Positions 38,077 through 50,314 of a DNA stretch of 64,000 bases are shown here, piece after piece; within the stretch, counting starts at the first letter, position 1, and the number at the start of each line of letters is the position of its first letter. This DNA comes from Vicugna vicugna (taxonomy: Eukaryota). The position numbers were made by a program, and so were the translations under genes. The stretch covers positions 186,001 to 250,000 of the forward strand of contig MU060401.1 in the NCBI GenBank assembly GCA_013265495.1. The letters run 5' to 3'. The notes under the pieces are model-generated. The model was not told where the DNA came from, ran no database searches, and was given only the letters and a program-made list of their open reading frames with translations.

Positions 38077-39555
38077 CCCAACGCACACGGGCACACACAT
38101 GCTATTTCTGGTGTTTCCCATGGCCTTATTCGTACTGTCCCCTCCACCTGGAAAGCCTCCTTCAGACTCAGCTCAGACTCTTCCTCTTCCAGGCACCTCC
38201 CCTGACCACAAAGAACAAATTCAGCTCCTCCTCTAATCTCGTCAAGCACAGCTCTGGACGTGGCCAATGTTGTGATCTCTTCAGTAGTCTGGTGCGTGTG
38301 ACTCCCTCTTACCAGGGCTCGAGGTTTGTTAGGGCAGAAACCATTTACCTCTGGATTTCCACACGCTTCCTGGCCCAGACTAGGTGATGAGCAAGTGTTG
38401 ACCCAACGGAAGAATGACCACAACAATTACACTTAATACCATCCACCAGCCTCACAACAATCACACACTTTGGGGTGAATGGATCCACCCGCTCAGATAA
38501 TGGCCAAGAAGGCAGAGGAATGAGAAGCTACTCACAGAGCTGATGGTAGCTAATATTTATTGAGCACTAATTAAATGCAGGGCATTGTGCCAGGTGCTTC
38601 ACATGTGTAACGTCGTCAAATCGTCACCAGAACTCTGGAAGACAGGGATCCTTAGTCTCCCCATTTTACAGTGAGGGAAACCAAGGTTCAGAGAGGTTAA
38701 GTAATTTGCCTAATGTCACACAGCTGAGAACTGATGGAACTGGGCTTTGAATTCAGGCAGTCTAGCTTCAGGGTCCATGTACTTAACCACGATGCTGCAT
38801 CCTAGGGCGAAAACAAGGCCAGAGCCGAGAAGGGAGGGGTGGGTCTGGCAAGGCAACCCAGAGAAGATTACTGCAGCAGGAGGTGGAGAGAAGAAAACAA
38901 GTTGTGCAAAGGATTGGCCTTTCTGGGGCTGATGACCCATGGGGTGAAGAGGAGGGAACCATAAGGCCACCACTCGTGAAGCAGGCTGGGAGCTGCTGCT
39001 CCAGACAACTTTGGGTTCTTAGCGGCAAGGTTGGTTTATAGGTTCCCACGGCAATGACCAAGTGATACGCTTACTCCACAGCTCAGTGATTCTCTAGAAA
39101 ATCTTTCCTCCTCTCTCTCACTACCACTCCTCCCAGGCAATCGTGGCAAGGTGACAGCTCCTTCCCCAGGACACACTGTGCTGAAGAAGACAAAATGGCC
39201 CAAGACCCTTTCATAATGATGATGGAGAAAGGAAATTTGAGTGGAGGGCAGAAGAAAAGAGAAAGAGGGGCTTAAAACCTCACAGGTTGCAATCATCAAA
39301 CTGGGAAGGGACTGATGAAGGAGGATTCTCAAGTCAGTTTAAAAATCTCATGAAAACCATGACTCTCTCCCCAGAAAAATGTGAGCATGTAACATATACA
39401 CCCAGGCACACAGAATTTTGCGTAGAGTTTCAAGGAGCATTTAGGCTCCTTGGGACCCAAAGTAAGAAATTAAAAATCACCTAATCCACTGGTTTCCAAA
39501 TTAGGGCATAAGAACCCTCTCTCCAATCAAAACCAAATGTGAAATCCTGGTCTCT

Positions 39556-39662
39556 AATACAGGGGCTCTCAATCAGGGGGCATTTTGCCCTGGGGATAGT
39601 TAGCAATATCTGGAGATACTCTGGGTTTCCACACCTTGGGGAGGGGGAGGAGCTACCTCTGT
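39556..39662. mobile_element. MER20-like fragment
   Basis: caggggctctcaatcagggggcattttgccc...gcaatatctggagata...ttgggg. Confidence 0.7.
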
Positions 39663-40614
39663 GAAAGTGCAGACACCTGCCCCAGATCCAGGCTGTCCCG
39701 CGAGGGTTCAACCACAGAGTGACTTTTCCAGCAATTCCTCCTTCGTCTCACGTCCATTCATTCCACACCCCCTAATCACGTGTCCCGACCCCTCCAGGTC
39801 TCAGTCCCCCTCCCGTAAAAACCAGGGTGACGCCCTAGGGATCCAGCCATCGCTGGGGATGGGACCACGAGGGGCATATGCACGATTTAGAATCACACAA
39901 GCCAATCCACCAGGGAGCAAGGCCTGGAGGGGAAAAGAGCCTTGCCCCAAACCGTATTTCATGCCTACTTTCCCTGTTGTCGAAACTATGATTTGGAGAA
40001 CAGTCACCCACCATGTGCCTTTTCTCTGAGTGTTGATGAGCTAAACAAGGCCACGGGAGGCTGGAGGAGCCTGACCTGGGAAAAGCCACACCCCCTTCCT
40101 CTTCTGGGTTGGCTGCCCTGGGAAGCCAGCCATCCACCCTTCTCTTGCCTCCCAGGGCTGTGGAAAGTGTTTAATTAATAAACACACCTTCAAAGCAAGC
40201 GAATGTTAAAGAGCAGTGTTTAAGTGCTAATTATTATTATCAAAGGACACTTTCCACCTCATTAAATGCATGGATTCGGTAATTGTCAGCTAATCCCCAA
40301 GGAGAAACCAGGGGCGCTTTGGGTGTTAGGATTGCATCTTTCCCCAGCAAATGACCCGCTTCCCAAGCCACAGGATGACCAGCCTACTGATCTCAGAGGC
40401 TGGATGAGGCACCTTCAACTTCCTGGGTTCAAGTCCCAGCTCTGCCGTTTCCCAGCTGTGTGGCCTTAGAAAGGTTGGTTCGTGTCTTTGAGCACCAGTT
40501 TTCTGAAAATGAGACAGATGTATGGGGAGTGCCTGACCTACTAAACAGATTTTATTATTATTGTTGTCAATACTAGCGCTTTCTCCACCATGTTCTCGGG
40601 GTTCTGCTTTCTGA

Positions 40615-41670
40615 TCAGCCTACTGAAGTATTTTTTGCATATAACAAAATTTGCCAATTTCAGCTATACAATTGGATGAATTTTAATAGTCACCATATAC
40701 AATCATGTCACCACCATCACCATCAGGCTAGGGAACATTACCGGCTCCCCCCCAAATTCTTTGATGCCCTGTGCATTCCATTCCTTCCCTCCACTCCCCG
40801 TAGCCCCTGGCAACCACTAGTCTGCTTTCTATAATCATAATTTTCCAGAATGTCATGTAAATGGAATCCGTACAGTGAGTCTTTCTTCTCTCAGCTTACA
40901 TGACGCTTTTGAGATTTATCCTCTTTGTTGCCTGTGTCAATTGCTCGTTCCTTTTCACTGCTGAATAGTACTCCATTGTATGGACATCTGGTTTTTTTTT
41001 AACCCATTCATTCACCAATTGATAGTATTTAATTCAACTTCTTTCCAGTTTTTGGTTATTATCAATAAGGCTGCTACAAATGTTCACATGTGGGTCTTTG
41101 TGTGGATCTAATGTTTTTATTCTCTTGAGTAGATACCTAGGAATTAAATTGCTATGGATCATGTGGTCAATGGATGTGTAACTTTAATAAAGGAAGCTGT
41201 GAAACTTTTCCAAGCAGGCTGCATCATTTTGTATTTCCTCCAGGAGGGTACAAAAGTTCAGATGCTCACATCCTCACCAACCCTTTGTATTGCCAGTCTT
41301 TTGACTTTTAGATATTCTAGTGGGTGTGAGTGGTAGGTATCTCGTCGTGGTTTGAGTTTGCATCTCTCCAATGATAATTGATGTTGTACATCTTTTCAGG
41401 TACTTACTAGCTCTATATTTTCTTTGGTGAATTGTCTATTCAAATATTCTTCCCTTTTTTTTAAATGGTTGTTTTCTAATTAATAAATTGTAAGCATTCT
41501 TTATATGTTCTAGATACAAGCACTTTACTTCAAGTCTGTGGCTTTCCTTTTCACTTTCCTAATATTGTCTTTTGAAGACTAAGAGTTGTTCATTTTAACA
41601 AAAGTCTAACTTACCAGTTTCTCAGGTTTATTTTGTGCTGCTTGTGTCCTCTGTAACACATCTTTGTGTA
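40615..41670 (-). mobile_element. L1MB-like 3' fragment (~1 kb)
   Basis: ccctggcaaccactagtctgc...ttttcactgctgaatagtactccattg...gatcatgtgg...tctagtgggtgtgagtggta...tttgcatctctc. Confidence 0.88.
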
Positions 41671-42354
41671 AATTCCACATGCTCTTATCAGCCCACATGT
41701 ACAGAGATCTCCTAATTCCCAGCACCCTCCAAGGACACCATTATTTCCTGCAGGCTGCCTCACTCCCTCAAGTCTCTCCTCCTCGGCCTGGCTTTATGCT
41801 TTGTGTTTTCCGTCTCTCTGTCCTCCTTCATCCCCGCCATCAAAACACATCTGACCTCTTGTCCAATTTCTTCTCCCAGTTGGTGGGCACCTTGCGAATC
41901 TGCAGTTAGAAGTGTAACTGTTCTTGAGTCTCTGTTCCTAGTAACTTAGATCCCTTTTCAAAATGAACTAACTACAGGAGCCAGATTCTTACCCCGAGAG
42001 AGCAGTGCTCGTGGGAGCCATTTCTTCCCTCCCCAGTCACTGCAGGAGATTAGTGGGAGCCACTTGGCTCTTCTTCTGATGCTAAATGACACCACACACA
42101 TGTGGACGTCTCTGAGTGAGTTCTGACTCTGTACTTGGGGATTAGCAGCAGATCAGTAGAAGGTGTAGTGTTGACAAATCGGTTTAAAGCTGGTGGCTTG
42201 TTGATTTCACAGCTCTCATCCCCACGTGGTGCTTCTGTGTCTTCAGAACGAATTCCACAATCTGAGCGTTGTTTCTAATACGTGGAACGTGTTGGAAGCA
42301 CTTGATCACATTGTCTTCATTGTTGACCAACCTTTGGTTTCCAAGACTATTTTA

Positions 42355-42533
42355 TTTCCTTTTTTTTAACATTTTTATTGAATTATAGTCATTTTACAAT
42401 GTTGCATCAAATTCCAGTGTAGAGCACAATTTTTCAGTTATACGTGAACATACATACATTCATTGTTGCATTTTCTTTTCGCTGTGAGCTACCACAAGAC
42501 CTTGTATATATTTCCCTGTGCTATACAGTATAT
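42355..42533 (-). mobile_element. Young, heavily 5'-truncated L1 insertion
   Basis: T-rich tail then ttttattgaattatagtc...tttccctgtgctatacagta. Perfect 13-bp TSD CAAGACTATTTTA at 42342-42354 and 42534-42546. Confidence 0.9.
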
Positions 42534-42790
42534 CAAGACTATTTTAGATTCATGTTTCCTTTCATGATTTCAGACATGCTCAGAAGAGGTGCTTCTAGTT
42601 TCATTTTGTCCATGAGGAAAGGGAGGACCCGTGTGCTTAAATAACGTGCCCAAAGTCAGACAGCCAGGTCTTGGAAATGTACCACTGATCTTTGCACCTC
42701 CTCCTGATAATGATGACCCCGAGAGCCAAAATTTGTGGTGCACTTACGTTGTGCAGGCTCTGTTTTAAGTGTTTTATGCACATTGTTGTT

Positions 42791-43140
42791 TGTATTGGTT
42801 AGCTAATGCCTTGGTAATGCTTCGCAGCAAACAGCCCCAAAACTCAGTGATTCAAAACAGCAATCATTTATTCTCATGAGTCTAGATGTGGGCTGGGACA
42901 GATAGGTCTGGACAGCACCCCAGCCTCTTGACTGAAGGCCGAGTTCAAATTTGCTCTACATATGTTTATTCCAGTTGATCCCAAGCTGAAGAGGCAGCAA
43001 CAACCTGGGTAAAAATTTGCTTGTGGAAATGACAGTTGGGGCGGGGGGCTAGTCCAAGCCCCCAGCTTTGCTTTAACAGGAACAATGCTAGTTTTCTGTT
43101 CACATATTTAAGTTTGTGCAGGGAGTTACATGACAAAACA
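42791..43140 (-). mobile_element. Old MaLR LTR (MLT1J/K/L-like)
   Basis: tgtattggttagcta...caaaactcagtgattcaaaacagcaatcatttattctcatgagtct. Confidence 0.7.
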
Positions 43141-45749
43141 GTCCCCTGCCCTGTCAGCTGGGGATGCTTTGGACAATAAGAATGAACATACCTGACTCAC
43201 TGAGGAGTGCACTCCCACAAGTGCAGGGACTGTGACCCCTCCCCCGGCTCCTGCTGTCAGTGGCCGCCGTGTTGCCAATTTCTGAACCTGTTCAGAAGCA
43301 GGCAACTTACCAGCATGTAATTTTCACACTAACCCTGCAGTTTAGAAACCACCATTATCCCCTTTCACAGCTGAGCAAACTGAGGCTTAGCAGATTAAAT
43401 GAACCACTCAAGGGGAGCGTGGAAGAGGCATGGCCAGGACTTGAGCTTCGGTGGGTCTGAGACCAAAGCTGGAAGGTTGAACCACTTGTCACGTGGTGCA
43501 TAGCAGCAGGTGGGGAAGGAAGGTTCGGGGTCGGGGGCGGAGGGGAGAGACGCTGCCATCTCGTACAAGAAGTAAGACATGGACATAAACACACCAGAAC
43601 GCAGCTTATTAGAAAGAAACCAGCACCTTGTGCAGAGTGCTTTGGAGGGCTACGGTAGCAGAAAATTTGAAACCTCTAAGAGCCCTTTTTCCTCCAGCTC
43701 CTCTGCGGTTGGCAGTCCCCAAGCCAAGCCTCCCCTTAATCCAATTAAAACGGACTTGTTTATGCTTATCAGCCCTTTATTTGGTTTGTTAAAAATGTGC
43801 AAATTACCCAGAGGCCTCTTGGTCCCCTGCACCAAAAGGCATCGATAAAACTATTAAGTTAAATCCAATTAAACGCAGCTGCTGGAACTTGAGTGTGGTA
43901 GCGCAGAACAGGAGGGAGGGAGGGAAGGGAAGGATTTTGCTGGGGAGAGAAGACATCTTCTGGCCTCATCTCTTAGCCTGTGCATCTTAAACATTCCCTG
44001 AGTGTCAGTAGGAAAAGGCAAAAACAGTCACTGTTTACTGCATGCCGGACGGTGGACTTGTACATAGTGATCATTTAATTATCTCAGGAACTCTGAAAGG
44101 TGGACACAATGGACCCATTCTGCAGAGGAAGGAACTGAGGCTCAGAGAGATGAAGTGATTTGTCCTGAATGTCACACACGACAGGGAAGTGACAGAGGCA
44201 GGATTTGAGTCCTGATCTCTCTAAACCCTCTGCCCGAAATCTAGGAACGTCAGAGTTGAAAGGGTCCTTAGAGGTTGTTTGGCCAAGAGCAGGTCTCCAG
44301 AAACACACAAACTTGGGTTTCCACGTCCTTAAAATGTGGATAATGATGCCAGCCTCCCAGGGTTTGGGGAGGAGTCAATGAAATGATATGTGTCTTAAGT
44401 ACCTGGGACACAGTAGGTCCTTGTTATATACTAACTTCTGATAACCACTCTCTTGTTAAAACCCATCTCCTTCTCCTTCCCCTTCCCTATTTTTTCAGAA
44501 AGGAAGGCTGAGTCCCAGAAAGGGAACATGACTGCCTCAAAGTTACACAGAGATCCCAGTAACAGAGGGAGGACTCAAACACGAATCTCTTGCCTTCCGA
44601 TTTAGCACCTCACTTTAGAACCTGCACTGCCTCTCCATTTTGCAGATGAAAAAAAAAAAACTGAGGCACAAAATGCAGAAGGCACTCAGTGGTTAGGACC
44701 ATTGAGTTCAGTGCTGAGCACAGCAGCCCGGTAGCCATCATGTCCTGGACTCTGGGCTCAGCTGTGTGGGTTGGGCATATGCCTCGACCTCTCTGAGCAC
44801 CTGCTCCCTCCTCATTAAAAGTGGGGCTCATCACCCCATTGAACATTTAGGGTGCAGTGAGGTCAGGCAGATGGGAGCCCCTTGTAGGCCAGAATGACTG
44901 CCTGCAGACAGCACCGCACACAGAGCATTTGGGGAGTGACTCAAGCATCTGTTCTTGTAGTCTCCAAAGATCCAGGATAAGTTTTGAATTTTCCTAGCAA
45001 CCCTCCATCCCAGGGGACAAAGAGAGCTCAGGAGGAAAGAGCAGACACCCAGGGTTCCAGGCAACGCTAATCCTATCACAGATGCGTTACAAACCTTAGG
45101 GGATCTCACAAAGCACCATCCTCCCCAAGGAGCTTTTCCAGCCCTGTCGCTGGCTGATGCCCAGGTCTCAGAAATCTGGGAAGAAACTCCACCTAAGTGA
45201 GCAGAAAAATCACATGCGACCAAGCACAGGAGCCTGATGGCAGCAACGCCAAACCCTCCTGGGCTGCACTGATGCGCTGTGCGTAGCGCAATGATAAACA
45301 GCTTGAAGTCAGACAAAGAGGGGGTTCAGCTCCCGTCACCATATTATCTCCCCAGCCCAGTCGCCTTGGACAGGAGTCGTCACCTCTCTGAGCATCCATT
45401 CCTCATATGGGAACTGTAGCAAAATTGCCCATAATTGTTCAAGGCTGTTAATAATGATCCAAATAGTGATCATTGTGACTTTTTCATTCCACTCCTTAAG
45501 ACCCAAACCCTGTTGGGAGCAGCAGGAAGAGTCAGGACGTAACGGTAACAGGTGGCTCTTCTGGAAACTCGGAGGGAGCTTTTATTGTGAGTGTTTCGAA
45601 TGCAAGATTTTTTGTCCAATTGGCCCCAAGAGCCTGTGTGCCTGGGAGGAGAGCGGGACCTGTCATATACGAGGAAGAGTGATGTGATAGTCTGCGGTGA
45701 CACGCAAAATGGGATTTGCAGCAAGGCTACGCACTAAAGGCGGGCAATT

Positions 45750-46460
45750 GTCTTGAGGCAGGATTTTCCAACTTCCTTTATTTTCTTAACACACAAAGGA
45801 AGCCCAGCTCCTGGATTCTGCCAAGGCGAGGGGCAGACCCCTCCTCCTGCTACAACTCTGAGGCTTCCCACCAGGTGATCGGCGAATACAACATAGGGAG
45901 AGGGAAAATGAGGCGGGAAGCCCCATAATAAGACCGGCAGGGCCACTACTCTCGTGTGGGCACCATCCGGTTCCCTGGCCCAGAGGCGCTCTCTCACTTT
46001 TTGCCTCTGAAACGGCTTACTTGCCCCTAAAATTCTATTGGTTCCCTGAGCTCACTTCTGATTGGTTATTTCCTTCACTCCTGATTGGTTATTACTCTCA
46101 CTTCTGATTGGCCTACTTCCCTAATTTCTGATTGGTCCATGTGTAGTACTTCATTTGCATGGAGCTCACTCCTGATTGGTTATTTCTCTCTCTCCTGATT
46201 GGCCTATTTCTACAAAGCTTGTTCCTGGTTGGTCAACTTCTGTTATATTTTATTTGCATATGATGTTGCAAAGTGTAAAACTGGCAGCCTATAAAGGCCT
46301 GTGTAGACCTACAGACAACGTTCAGAACTTGGAGTGTTAACTCTTCTGGGCCCGGTGGTGTTAACAAACCTGAGTTCTCCAACTCTCTGAGTGCTGCTTG
46401 GTCTCTCGCCCGAATCCAGGTTGCTGTCACAACTGAGCCGTAACACGGAGCTGTAACACA
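45750..46460 (+). mobile_element. ERV1-type solo LTR (5' boundary uncertain)
   Basis: U3 has 7 ATTGG boxes, 2 ATTTGCAT octamers and TATAAA at 46290. A degenerate poly(A) signal AACAAA lies at 46363. The element ends ...GAGCTGTAACA(CA), and no PBS follows. Confidence 0.85.
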
Positions 46461-47084
46461 TTTTTCCGCAACAAAAGAAAAGCTGCTGCTTTTCCAAAAC
46501 TAGGAGTCGTAGAATGAGAAGGAGAGAGGGATTCAGGAGAGAGGGCTGGCCAGGTGTTTGCTTGGTGTCCCCCCTTGCAGCTGTGCTCTGGGTTCACAGA
46601 GGACGAGGGTGTTTCTCTAGATCACAGCCCCACCTGGCTGGCGTTCTCAGCACCCTCAATTCTCACGTGGTGGGGAGGTGGGGTGAAAGCCAGCAAAGCA
46701 GCCGTGGGACAGGACCAGGTGACCTTCAGACAAGCTGGCATGCCTCATCTCAGTCCAAGCCGGGAGGAGGGCACGGTAGGGGGCCCTGGGGTTTATATTC
46801 GGGGCAGCCAAGGGGAAACGAATCAGCCAAGCCCAGGGCGAGACCCTCTTTCCACAGTTTTCTGCTCAAACACGCAGGACCAGGGAAGAATGGAGCCATT
46901 TCTCCGCATCCTCGGGAGCTCCAGTCTCCTCCACGCTCCCGTGAGACCATCAGACCAAGCCCCGCCCTCCACGTGGCCAAAACCACGCCTGGAGAAAAGC
47001 AAGGGAGGTTGTATCTATTTATCGGGGAAGATCCCTACCTCTGGAACCTGTATAACTATCATTTGGACCAAAATGTTAAAACAG

Positions 47085-47470
47085 GGTTAGATTTGTTTGC
47101 TAGGGCTGCTGTAACGAAGTACCACCAACTGAGTGGCTTAAACCACAGAAACATCATCTTCCGCATCTTCTGGAGGCTGGACGGCCAAGATCAAGGTGTC
47201 TGCAGGGAAGGGTCCTCCCCACTCCTCTCTCCTTGGCTTGCACGTGGCTGTTTACCTGCTGGGTCTCTTTATGGTGTCTTCTCTCTACATGTGTCTATGT
47301 TCAAATTCCCCCTTTTTTATAAGGACACTATTGGATTAGGACTCACCCTAATGACCTAATTTTAACTTGCTCACCTCTGGAAAAACTTTGTCCCCAAAGC
47401 AGGTCATGTGCTGAGGCACTGGGGGTCAGGAGTTCAACACGTGAGCTTGGAGTACACAACCCATAATGTG
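47085..47470 (-). mobile_element. MaLR LTR (MLT1A/B-like)
   Basis: ctagggctgctgtaacgaagtaccac...tctggaggctgg...caagatcaaggtg...aaggacact...ccctaatgacct. Confidence 0.85.
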
Positions 47471-48104
47471 GGTGAAGCTTGATTTGGGGCTGTTGTTTTG
47501 TTTTGTTTTTTTGGATGTTTAGAAGGAAAACCGGATCGGCTCCAGACAAAGAAATTACATTTTCTTCGCACACCCAAATTGCAGCAAGCATTCACTGTGC
47601 AACCCCAATACATAATTTAGGCAGATTTATGCAGCCTCCTGAAACAATGGCCTGGATTAGGCACGGCCCCCAGAGATAACAAAACAAGTGCAGGCTTGTA
47701 ACTCCAGTAAAAGGGGAAAAAAAAAAATGGAATCAAACATTATAACAGCAAAAGCCGGCAACTTTGTAATATTTTCCAGATGCTGCGATAAGCTCTTGAC
47801 ATGATTGTTTTATTGACTCCTCATGCCACCCTGCAAGGCATCTCTACTACGCTCTCAATCTTATGGAGGGAGAAACCGAGGCTCAGAGAGGAAATCATTT
47901 ACCCAATCAAGTTGGCCGGGTTTCAGTGCCTGTGCGTGTGATCACCACCCCGCACACCCTCCCCTCTTTCCTGAGCTGGCTGACCTCTTCTTAAAACCTC
48001 CAAAGAGCACTTCCTTTTTTGGGAAGGAGGGGGAGGGTGGTGAAGCAGGCACCCAGAGGCCGAGCTGGTGTGCAGAAAGCTCAGATTTGTCAGATCTGTA
48101 GGTT

Positions 48105-48224
48105 CAGGGGTTTTTTCCTTTTCTTTTTTTTTTTTTTTTAATTTAGTGGAGGTGCTGGGGATTGAACCCAGGACCTCGTGCATGCTAAGCACATGCTCTA
48201 CCACTGAGCCGTACCCTCCCCCCG
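48105..48224 (-). mobile_element. vic-1-like SINE
   Basis: A/B boxes and a long T run on the + strand; 12-bp TSD gatctg(t/c)aggtt at 48093 and 48225. Confidence 0.9.
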
Positions 48225-50314
48225 GATCTGCAGGTTTCCCAGGGCTTGGGGGTCAGTCTTCAGAAGCTCAGCTCTACCCAGCTTCTCCCAAGAGAACCCA
48301 TCAGGGAGTCCCTAGAACAGTAACAGCAACTCTTCTAAAAAGGAAACAGCCTAAATGTCCATCAGATAAACTGTGGTACTTCTACTGGGTCTGCAAGGCA
48401 ATCAGTTGAGCAATTAATGCTCTACAGAGGAACTCTGGTTGACATGGATCGATGTGTCTGAACCAAAATGTGAGAAAGAGACTGAGCTGTTGAAGGGAAT
48501 AGACAATCACATGGAAGAGCTGGGCGTGGGGACACCTGGGCTCTTGCCCTGGCTCCCCCGCAACGGATTGTGGGGCTCATTTCCCATCAGGGATCCAGGG
48601 ATCCTGACTATAAGGGTCTTGTCAGCTGTGACGTGGGAAGACTGAGCAAGCTGTTTCCGTAGGACTGTCTGTATCCTTGAAGATGCTGTGGCCAGGGGAC
48701 CAGGATGAAGTTTACAAGCAGGTGATGTGCCTAGGAAATCCAGGAACCAGAAAGGGGCAATGTTTCCGATTCCAGCAAGCTGCGAAACCATTGCCCCTCT
48801 GGTGAGCCTGATACGGGAGCAGGGAACCCTCACCCAGCCCCAATTTCTTGTTCCCTAAACCTCTCTTGGTTCTTGCAATTCTGCCTTTAGCATGCCGTTC
48901 GTTTGGGCTAAGCCATGCCATCCTCCCCTGCTGCTCTTTCAAAGGAAGGAAGGAATATTGGATTGGATCCTGGCTGGCATCCTGGCTCCCAGAATTAATC
49001 TCAGTTCAGCAGAGCAGCTCCCAGCCAAGATGTGAGTCTTCTCTAACTCCTGAGAAGTTCAAGGCTTTATAAAAGAAAGCCTTTCTCTCCCTCCTATACT
49101 GATGTCTTTGTAACAGCGTGTGCCTGTTTCTTCATTCATTCAACAAAATATTGTGAGCACCTTTTCTGCTCTGGGTTCCAGGGATACAGAGATGGGCAAG
49201 GCGGACAGTCTCTGCCCTGATGGAGCTCACCGTCCAGCAGGGGGACTTAAGGCAGCTAAACCCAGGAATGTATAGAATTATTCCAGATGGCAATAAGTAC
49301 TAGAATGGGTGTCTGTGTGGTTCTGGGAAACTGGACCTCTTTGAGTTGCAACTTCTTCATCTCTGAAGTTAAGGAGCTCTCACCCTTCAAGCTTCTAATG
49401 AGGAAAAAAAATGGGATGATGGATGTGAAATTGCCCGAAATGCCATCAAGAGTCAGTCCTTCCCAGTAAAGCACTGGAAACCGGGCATCATAAACTGCCT
49501 GCCATGAACCTGGGGCTCACAGCCACCAGCCACCAGCCACCAGCCAAGGCTGAGAGCAGCCCTTCCCACCTCCCTGTGTGTGCCCCTGCTCTGCAGCACC
49601 AACACCTGGGAATTGACTCATTCAATTCGATTATCCAGATGTTTGCTCTGTAGGTGTCAAACGCCTGTATAATGGAAGCCAGGGAAAAGATCATCCTGGG
49701 TCTGCCCCTCCCAGAGCTGGGCATCTGGAGTCCAGGGACACTTGGGCATCAGGGAATAATTATCCGGCTGCACTCACTGTAGCATCACCCAGTGCGCAGC
49801 ACAGACCTGGAGTCCAGTGGATTGCTCCATCCACGATTCCTAAGTGGAAGGATAAACACAGGAAGTTTGCGGTCATGGCTGTACCAGCCAAATCCTTAAC
49901 AGAGTCCTGGTCCGGAAAAGAACTACAGAACAATAGGAGGAGGGGGAGGAGGAGGAGAGGGAGGGAGGCATCTGGTTCCTTTGTTTTTCAGGCTGCAATT
50001 AATCAGGCAAAGGCCAAAGAAAAAAAGCCAAGGGAGGGAGAAGTACTGAAAATAAGCCTCCTTCATTCGTGACTGCTCCTGATAGAACAAGGGAAAGAAC
50101 CGTAGCTTCTCCACTTCCGAGCCAGGTGACCTGGGGTCTCAGTTTCCATGTCTGTGAAATGGGGGATTTCCCAAGTTCCATTAATATGGAAAAAATGTGA
50201 AATGTGAAATAAAGCCTTTGGAAATGGTGTATGGTAAGAATGATTGTCGTGCAACTGGATGACAATGACGATGACAGTGATGATTAAAAATAATGTCAGC
50301 ATATGGCTCTTTCT

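Noticed and set aside
46035-46235. CRISPR-like array
   Set aside because: Mammalian LTR enhancer repeats with ~23-bp period and no unique spacers or cas genes.
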